From a virus (taxonomy: Duplodnaviria; Caudoviricetes): a stretch of 33,093 bases of DNA. Position 1 is the stretch's first letter. Each line of letters starts with the position of its first letter. The stretch lies in the IMG/VR virus record IMGVR_UViG_3300017722_004904, positions 1 through 33,093 of that record; one strand, given 5' to 3'. The notes below the pieces were generated by a model, which was not told the DNA's origin, searched no databases, and saw only the letters and a list, made by a program, of their open reading frames with translations. The position numbers and the translations under genes are program-made. Shown here in pieces: positions 27,666 to 33,093 of this stretch.

Positions 27666-27944
27666 TTATTGTATTACAATGTGAATATAGTCTACAGCTA
27701 ACTTTTTTATTTTGTGGCTGCCTCGGTGCTCAAACTCTAATCGCCTCATTGCGCGATACACAAAATCATTTTGTGCTTGATTACCCATGCGATGATCTGG
27801 ATCTACAAATACGGTAGCCGTTTTTGTCACAATAGAACTTGACTTACTAATTGCATTTTTACGCAATAAAAAAAGCTCTCCCTTAGTGAATAACTCTTGA
27901 ACGGCATCGTCTATCAGCCGTGTGGTTTGGCCGGAACGTCTCAT
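27666..27944 (-). CDS. Hypothetical protein with N-terminal P-loop-like RRSGQTT motif (92 aa)
   Basis: Coupled ORF in operon. Confidence 0.7.
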   Translation of the reverse strand: MRRSGQTTRLIDDAVQELFTKGELFLLRKNAISKSSSIVTKTATVFVDPDHRMGNQAQNDFVYRAMRRLEFEHRGSHKIKKLAVDYIHIVIQ

Positions 27945-28207
27945 GGCATGTTTTGTTTTACAATTTCAAGAAATTGAATCATTTGCATTTTATCAACAAA
28001 AAAGAAATCTTTCCCATCAATACTAAAAGTCATAACATTTAAGTTTTGAAACTGAGGGTTGTTGTGAGGATAAGAGCCTCCCATTTTTGTTTTTTTGGCA
28101 ATGTCTTTTTCGATATTTTTCACATCTTCCCAATCGCAAAAAATAACTATTGGCGCATCTCGTTTTGCAAAACAATTAGCTAATCCTTGTATAATTAAAT
28201 CTTCCAT
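27941..28207 (-). CDS. Hypothetical protein (88 aa)
   Basis: Start/stop overlaps with both neighbours. Confidence 0.7.
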   Translation of the reverse strand: MEDLIIQGLANCFAKRDAPIVIFCDWEDVKNIEKDIAKKTKMGGSYPHNNPQFQNLNVMTFSIDGKDFFFVDKMQMIQFLEIVKQNMP

Positions 28208-28482
28208 TACTTTTTTAGATTACGTTTTACAGTTTTTCCTTTGTTGCAGTCACAAGACTCACAATTGCATGGTTTTTTACTAACTGAATTTACTATTGCA
28301 GCATAATTCCCGTTTTCCCAGAAGGTGATTGCGCCGCCTACCGAAGTCCATATTTCAGCCTCTTTATCATATTCAAACTCAGTGATACCAGTTACATCAA
28401 TATTCATTTGGTTTGTTAAACAAGTAATTGTTTTTGCGTTAGAAAAATGTTTCCTAACCGCTTGTAAATTTGGCTTATTCAT
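28207..28482 (-). CDS. Hypothetical protein with C-terminal CxCxxCxC cluster (91 aa)
   Basis: Coupled ORF; PCNCESCDCN. Confidence 0.7.
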   Translation of the reverse strand: MNKPNLQAVRKHFSNAKTITCLTNQMNIDVTGITEFEYDKEAEIWTSVGGAITFWENGNYAAIVNSVSKKPCNCESCDCNKGKTVKRNLKK

Positions 28483-28859
28483 TACAAAAACTGTTTTAGG
28501 TTGGGTTTAAAGTAGTTTGGCCCTTTTAATACCTTACCGTCTTCACGGTAAATTGGTTTCCCGTCAGCGCCAAGCTTACTCATGTTGGAATCTTGAATTT
28601 CATAGAATACTTTTTCTATGATGTTGTGCATACCATGGTGGTTAATGGTGCCAAGCAAAATGTAAAGTTGATCACCCAGCGCATCAGCCACGCCAACTAA
28701 ATCATTTTCTTTTACGGCTTCGAGGTATTCCTCATTTTCTTCTTTCATCAATTCGAAACGAAGTGTACCTTTTTCTAAACCAGTTAACATTGGTTTTTTT
28801 GAAATGGGTTGTTTGAATTTCTTTTGGAAACTTCTTACTGCTGCTAATAATTTTTTCAT
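28482..28859 (-). CDS. MazG-like / PRA-PH nucleoside triphosphate pyrophosphohydrolase
   Basis: EENEEY, VADALGDQLY, SNMSK, REDGKVLKG motifs. Confidence 0.88.
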   Translation of the reverse strand: MKKLLAAVRSFQKKFKQPISKKPMLTGLEKGTLRFELMKEENEEYLEAVKENDLVGVADALGDQLYILLGTINHHGMHNIIEKVFYEIQDSNMSKLGADGKPIYREDGKVLKGPNYFKPNLKQFL

Positions 28860-29053
28860 ATACTCTTAATTTCTGTTTTAATTTTTTGTTCTTCTTCTGT
28901 TAAGTCTTGCAACTTTGACAAATAAATTTTTTCGTTTTGAATAACTCCACAGGACCTTAGATTAAATAACAGTTCTCTATTGGAATGTTAGGCATCAGTT
29001 CAGCCAAACTGAAGCAGATAAAAAGAATTTAATTTTAACCTAAACAATAAAAA

Positions 29054-29245
29054 ATGGAAAAAGTATTAGTAGCAAATGTGTCTTCTGGATTAATCGAAGA
29101 GCTTAGAAAAGGAAGTCATTCTTTAGAATTTGAATTAACAGAACTAAATAAACACCTTTCCGAAGGTTGGTCAATAAAGAATTACGATATTGTCCCAAAT
29201 CAAAGTACTAATACTTTTAGCATTATTTATCGGCTAACTAAATAA
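29054..29245 (+). CDS. Cassette-encoded small protein, DUF4177-like (63 aa)
   Basis: A-rich leader; LNKHLSEGWSI resembles the LN..G.EGWE motif. Confidence 0.7.
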   Translation: MEKVLVANVSSGLIEELRKGSHSLEFELTELNKHLSEGWSIKNYDIVPNQSTNTFSIIYRLTK

Positions 29246-29453
29246 TTAGAACTTATCTACCATTTCTTTGGTTGTCTTAAATATTGGAAGCCAAAGAAAT
29301 CGGTAAATAGTTACTGATTTAAAAAGATTGTTTGTTCCGCAATCATTCATAAATTTTGTGTGTTTTGAAAACATAATGTTGAATTTTAATTGTGTTTCTG
29401 ACTTTAAAACGGCGCAGAAACTAAACCGAAATATTGAACATAAAGAACCGAAT

Positions 29454-29580
29454 GCCTAACAGCTACTACAACGGATTTGGGTATTTGGCTTAATGGGGGA
29501 AATAGTTTGTATTTGGGATGATTTGGCAAATCCGAATAATGGGCTTAATTTAGTCCCAAACCCGCTGTAGTAGCGGGACG
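29454..29580 (+). repeat. attC-like recombination site
   Basis: R'' GCCTAAC (29454-29460); arms GCTACTACAACGGATTTGGG (29462-29481) and CCCAAACCCGCTGTAGTAGC (29555-29574) are 18/20 complementary; ends GGGACG; 133 bp in circular form. Confidence 0.8.
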
Positions 29581-29709
29581 ATATTTTTTTTCAATAATTA
29601 TAGTAGCAATATTCTTCGCTAACGATATTTCATCATCTATTGATTCTGTACAGTTTAATGGAAGTGAGTTTAATATTTCGCCAAATAATTTTGTTCCTTT
29701 CATAAAAAT

Positions 29710-30216
29710 CTATTTAAACATTCTACGTACATACTCCGCGATAAGCGCGGCATCAATCATTCCGTCATTATGGTTTTTTGATGAATTACCTGCATTGGTA
29801 ATTTTGAAATTGGCATTGGGCCAAAGGTTGACTGCTGCCATAGTTGAAGTCGCCTTAGTGTCATTGCCTTTTCCAGTAGCTTTCTTTTGGGTTTTTACGT
29901 GTTTCCAACATTCTTTTTGCCATTCTTTTGGTTTTATAAGGACAAAAGGAGTTTTTAAACCTATCATAATGCCCTCGATTAAGCCTACACAATGCGATAA
30001 AGAAGCAACGGCACTCTTGCCTACTCCAAAAATAATATCAGGACTTTCTAGCCCTATCTTATGAAAGTCTCTACTAGCTAGAATATCCACAATACCTTGT
30101 CGGTCGTATTCCTTGCCTATGAGTGGAGTACCTATCATTTCAACTACATTTGAGTTTTCGTCAATTACAACAAAAGCTCCTTGCTTTCCCGGGTCAATTC
30201 CTAGATAGTATTTCAT
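29710..30216 (-). CDS. RuvC-like Holliday junction resolvase
   Basis: LGIDPG, IGLES, PKEWQK, DGMIDAALIA catalytic pattern. Confidence 0.88.
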   Translation of the reverse strand: MKYYLGIDPGKQGAFVVIDENSNVVEMIGTPLIGKEYDRQGIVDILASRDFHKIGLESPDIIFGVGKSAVASLSHCVGLIEGIMIGLKTPFVLIKPKEWQKECWKHVKTQKKATGKGNDTKATSTMAAVNLWPNANFKITNAGNSSKNHNDGMIDAALIAEYVRRMFK

Positions 30217-30395
30217 TGTGTTTTGTTTTTAAAAAATTCAATTTTTTCTTCAAAAGACCAGCCATCAAATCTGACTTCTGAGGTAGATCCATTGTTTTTT
30301 GCAATAAATGAATCTAACAATACTATTTTTTGATCTTCTGGAGAAAGTAAATTAAACTCTACTAGCTGTTCAGTATTCAAATTTTCGTGTCTCAT
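30213..30395 (-). CDS. Hypothetical protein (60 aa)
   Basis: ATGA overlap with the RuvC gene. Confidence 0.65.
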   Translation of the reverse strand: MRHENLNTEQLVEFNLLSPEDQKIVLLDSFIAKNNGSTSEVRFDGWSFEEKIEFFKNKTQ

Positions 30396-30398
30396 GAT

Positions 30399-30610
30399 TT
30401 AATATTTATCATTATAATTTAGAACCATGTAGTCGATTATTTCAACGATATTATTTTGTACCTCTTTACTAAAATCTTCAATCTTTACTGAATGTATTTT
30501 TCAATATAAAATTGAGTTGAGTTAGTTCCAAAATTCGTTCTTTCTTCATCTTTTATTTGTAGCCAAAGCGCTTGTTTCACTATGTATTCTGAATAAAGCA
30601 ATATCCCCAT
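30399..30610 (-). pseudogene. Frameshifted ~70-aa hypothetical gene
   Basis: ATG 30610 overlaps the upstream stop and terminates at 30485; adding one A to the A5 run near 30500 gives an ORF ending at 30399, next to the following ATG. Confidence 0.55.
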
Positions 30611-30858
30611 CAGTTTATCATTTTAGGCTTACTAGACACATTTTTTGTTTTTAAAAGCCAATCAGGAGCCGTGAGGTAATATTCAGGTATTCCGTTTTCA
30701 ACTTCTTTTTTTTCAATGGAGCACAGTGATTTAGGAAACCATTCCAGTCTACTTGCTGCATAATCGTTAAGCATAGGTCCAAGTGTTACATCAACCAATA
30801 CGCCAAAGCTTTTTTCACTTTCGGCATGATACCCTACTCTTAATTTCAAATCAGGCAT
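30610..30858 (-). CDS. Hypothetical protein (82 aa)
   Basis: ESEKS...WFPKS...PDWL pattern of small phage proteins; coupled ORF. Confidence 0.7.
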   Translation of the reverse strand: MPDLKLRVGYHAESEKSFGVLVDVTLGPMLNDYAASRLEWFPKSLCSIEKKEVENGIPEYYLTAPDWLLKTKNVSSKPKMIN

Positions 30859-31499
30859 TATTGTAGCTTTTCAAGGTTTACTTGTCTTCCAATGTATTTA
30901 GCGGGATCTTCCTCGTACTCTTCAATAATTGAATTGAGATAAAAGAATTCGTGTGGCAATTTTGTAGCAAGTCTGCCTACGAACTTGTCAATCGAATTGA
31001 ATATGTTGATTAACATTTCGGGATCGGCACCAAAAACTCTTTCCAAATGTTTTTTTGCTTTTAACTCTAACCCTTTATTGGCTTTTAGTAAAAGGTTTTT
31101 CAAATATTTGTCGTACTCAATTGTTTCTATCAAGCTATCGTTAGCCTCTAAAGCCAATTGATTAAAAATCAATGATTTTAGAATATTGTTTTTATACTCT
31201 GAAACCTCTTCGCTGTACAAAACTTCTTTGTATGACTCGTCGCCAGCTGGATAAAAACTGCATTTACCTGAATTGATTGAATGTAAAATAAGTGCTGCAG
31301 GTGCGGGAACAATTTGATCTCCCTCGATTAATGAAAGAAAAACATTTGTCATGTCTTTTTTGTGAATAGTATAAAAATATCCATTTGGATGCATTACTAC
31401 ACCTTGGTATATCTCTTCCATTTTATACTCTCTTCTTTCTGGTACAAAACTTAATTCAGTATTTGAATCGCTTGTGTTTTCGTTTGTGTTGTTGGTCAT
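30858..31499 (-). CDS. Hypothetical protein (213 aa)
   Basis: Long ORF coupled to the downstream gene. Confidence 0.75.
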   Translation of the reverse strand: MTNNTNENTSDSNTELSFVPERREYKMEEIYQGVVMHPNGYFYTIHKKDMTNVFLSLIEGDQIVPAPAALILHSINSGKCSFYPAGDESYKEVLYSEEVSEYKNNILKSLIFNQLALEANDSLIETIEYDKYLKNLLLKANKGLELKAKKHLERVFGADPEMLINIFNSIDKFVGRLATKLPHEFFYLNSIIEEYEEDPAKYIGRQVNLEKLQ

Positions 31500-31701
31500 T
31501 GATTTCCCTTTTTTTATGTTTAATAATCTTCTCCCCTTTGTTATTCTTTCGTCCGCCTATATGGAAAAAACCACATCTGCATTTGTAAATTTGAGCAAGA
31601 GGGTCAATATGCTCGTTCTTTAAAAAATAATCTGCAGCAAACCATGTCTTGTGTTTTAATTTCCCAGCGCACCCATTCAAAAAATCTTTGGTACACGCCA
31701 T
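31456..31701 (-). CDS. Putative zinc-binding basic protein (81 aa)
   Basis: CAGK..H and YKCRCGFFH motifs. Confidence 0.65.
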   Translation of the reverse strand: MACTKDFLNGCAGKLKHKTWFAADYFLKNEHIDPLAQIYKCRCGFFHIGGRKNNKGEKIIKHKKREINDQQHKRKHKRFKY

Positions 31702-31706
31702 AATAT

Positions 31707-31823
31707 TTATTGGTTTTTAATAATCTCAATCAAACATTTAATTAAATCTCTAATAGCGTAGTAAGCGGGTTTTGCTATTACTAATACACAAATAATCCAA
31801 AAAGCTATTTGTAGTTCTTCCAT
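31707..31823 (-). CDS. Small membrane peptide (38 aa)
   Basis: MEELQIAFWIICVLVIAKPAYYAIRDLIKCLIEIIKNQ*; fills the gap between two genes. Confidence 0.55.
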   Translation of the reverse strand: MEELQIAFWIICVLVIAKPAYYAIRDLIKCLIEIIKNQ

Positions 31824-31826
31824 GGT

Positions 31827-32168
31827 CTAATCAATTAATGGGTGGGTCGAAACTAAAATCTCTCTCTGTGACAACAATCTAGAAAACAAGTCCTCAGGAG
31901 TAATAGCTTGCTGTTCTTCTAAACGTCCAAAATTCATATCAAAGCAATAATGCTCTATCTCACAAAATCCATCAGCAGTTCTAGGAAAAAACAATTGCAA
32001 TGCCTCTATCAAGGATTTAATCAATACAGAATTGTCGTAAAAAGGTATCGAACCATCATCTGCACCTAAAGCATTACATAAAGCATCATGGCGACCTCTA
32101 TCGTAATCCATCTGTATTCTAATACTCTCTATAACCTTAACAAAAAAATCTTCTGTAATTGTTCCCAT
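31827..32168 (-). CDS. Hypothetical protein (113 aa)
   Basis: First ORF after the 32195 promoter; IEHYCFDMNFG motif. Confidence 0.75.
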   Translation of the reverse strand: MGTITEDFFVKVIESIRIQMDYDRGRHDALCNALGADDGSIPFYDNSVLIKSLIEALQLFFPRTADGFCEIEHYCFDMNFGRLEEQQAITPEDLFSRLLSQREILVSTHPLID

Positions 32169-32194
32169 GAATCCCAGTTTTCGTTTCTATTCTA

Positions 32195-32227
32195 CAAATA
32201 TAATTTTATTTATGTTATAAACATAAA
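32195..32227 (-). promoter_or_regulatory. Promoter and perfect operator palindrome heading the leftward operon
   Basis: TATATTTG (minus, 32195-32202); TTTATGTT-ATA-AACATAAA at 32209-32227. Confidence 0.75.
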
Positions 32228-32242
32228 CTTTATACATCGAAA

Positions 32243-32283
32243 TTACCATCTACAGACAACTAAGTTACCATATACGGACAACT
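32243..32283 (+). repeat. Iteron-like 19-bp direct repeat with 22-bp period
   Basis: TTACCATCTACAGACAACT and TTACCATATACGGACAACT (17/19 identical). Confidence 0.6.
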
Positions 32284-32771
32284 TCAAAACACTTTTTAAA
32301 ATTTAATTAATTGTTAATCAATAATTTAAACCATTAAAACAGCCGTGGAATTGCAGAGTAATTACTTTGAGTAAAAATGTATTCCCGAATAAAACAAATA
32401 TTTTAACATAATTGTTTATTCAAAAAACATAAACCCCAACAAAATCAATACTTAAAAAAATATAAATTTTTTACATGACTTTGTTTTTAGGAGGGTATAT
32501 GGGTGATCGTGCGCCCGAAGCAATCGGGAAACTCGTTTTTTTCGGGGTATGGGGTTGTTTTTTTTAGTCAGTCTCTATATTTTTTTGACTTTTTTTTATG
32601 CAGTTCTTCAACTGATTTTGTGTACAACTGTTTAACTCAATCATATTAAGGTCACGATTAAACCTTGCAAAGCCTTACTGTATATGGAAACTTTGAAATA
32701 ATATTGATTTTTACCCGACAATATACACGACAACTACAAAACTCTATATAAAAACAACTATTCAACCCTTT

Positions 32772-32824
32772 GAGGTTTTAATATTTAAAATCATGTAGGG
32801 TTTTGTACTGAATATTAAAACCTC
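32772..32824. repeat. 14-bp perfect inverted repeat
   Basis: GAGGTTTTAATATT-N25-AATATTAAAACCTC. Confidence 0.65.
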
Positions 32825-32978
32825 GTAAACGTAATCCAGTTAAATAATTCGTTTTGTACTTACTACTGTTAGTACTTCACAGCCATAACAAAAAAAATCT
32901 TCTCCCAACATAAATGTTTTTGATTCTTTGATCTTGATTTGATGTTTATATATTTAATCGGGGTTTAATATGTATCGA

Positions 32979-33093
<115 letters not shown>

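Larger units (their letters stand above)
28988..29580 (+). mobile_element. Integron-type gene cassette (593 bp) inserted at a secondary G/AT site
   Basis: Begins at core site G/TTAGGC (28987-28993), carries one ORF, and ends with an attC-like palindrome whose inverse core GCCTAAC is the exact complement; no target duplication. Confidence 0.85.
28856..29703 (-). pseudogene. 84-aa phage gene interrupted by an integron-type cassette
   Basis: Joining 29703-29581 to 28987-28856 gives one ORF, MKGTKLFGEILNSLPLNCTESIDDEISLAKNIATIIIEKKY/HSNRELLFNLRSCGVIQNEKIYLSKLQDLTEEEQKIKTEIKSI*. It starts 6 nt after the RuvC stop and ends in an ATGA overlap with the MazG-like gene. Confidence 0.85.
1..32168 (-). 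mobile_element. Tailed phage/prophage genome segment (crAss-like-related Bacteroidota podophage)
   Basis: Co-oriented TerL, portal, scaffold, MCP, ring proteins, nozzle and ejection proteins; lysis trio; no host housekeeping genes; TAnnTTTG promoters. Confidence 0.95.

Noticed and set aside
27666-27944. ATPase call from RRSGQTT
   Set aside because: Catalytic Lys replaced by Gln, and the protein is too short for a full P-loop domain
28988-29580. IS/MITE or self-splicing intron as the explanation for the insert
   Set aside because: No transposase, terminal inverted repeats, target duplication or intron core; boundaries match GTTRRRY/RYYYAAC cassette logic
1-32168. Stop-codon reassignment as in some crAss-like phages
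   Set aside because: Long genes are intact in code 11, and TAG/TGA end genes at sensible, often coupled, boundaries (MCP, RuvC, 245-aa gene)
32243-32283. CRISPR mini-array
   Set aside because: Only two 19-bp units separated by 3 nt; no spacer-length sequence

Overview
AT-rich segment of a crAss-like-related podophage (or prophage) of a Bacteroidota host, probably Flavobacteriaceae. It uses the standard genetic code and Bacteroidota-type TAnnTTTG promoters. Read on the minus strand from right to left, it carries small early/middle genes (RuvC-like resolvase, MazG-like pyrophosphatase, GroES, RepL-like protein), a tail fibre, a beta-helix depolymerase, a holin/endolysin/spanin-like lysis module, a tandem GroES-like protein, terminase, portal, scaffold, major capsid, tail ring proteins, a split nozzle, a GNAT-like assembly protein and ejection proteins. 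Three features are not visible in the ORF track. (1) An RNA operon at 1775-2231 holds a tRNA-like element whose anticodon arm ends in a GAAA tetraloop, followed by a circularly permuted, pseudoknot-free two-piece tmRNA (tag GKLISLNNTELRAAA) with a long structured intervening segment. (2) A 593-bp integron-type gene cassette (GTTAGGC...attC) is inserted at a G/AT secondary site inside an 84-codon phage gene, and removing it restores that reading frame exactly. (3) A palindromic operator, TTTATGTT-N3-AACATAAA, recurs in most large intergenic regions, including a duplicated 73-bp divergent promoter. Product calls come from motif recognition and synteny, not database searches. The last ~110 nt look like low-quality contig end, and two homopolymer frameshifts may be sequencing errors.
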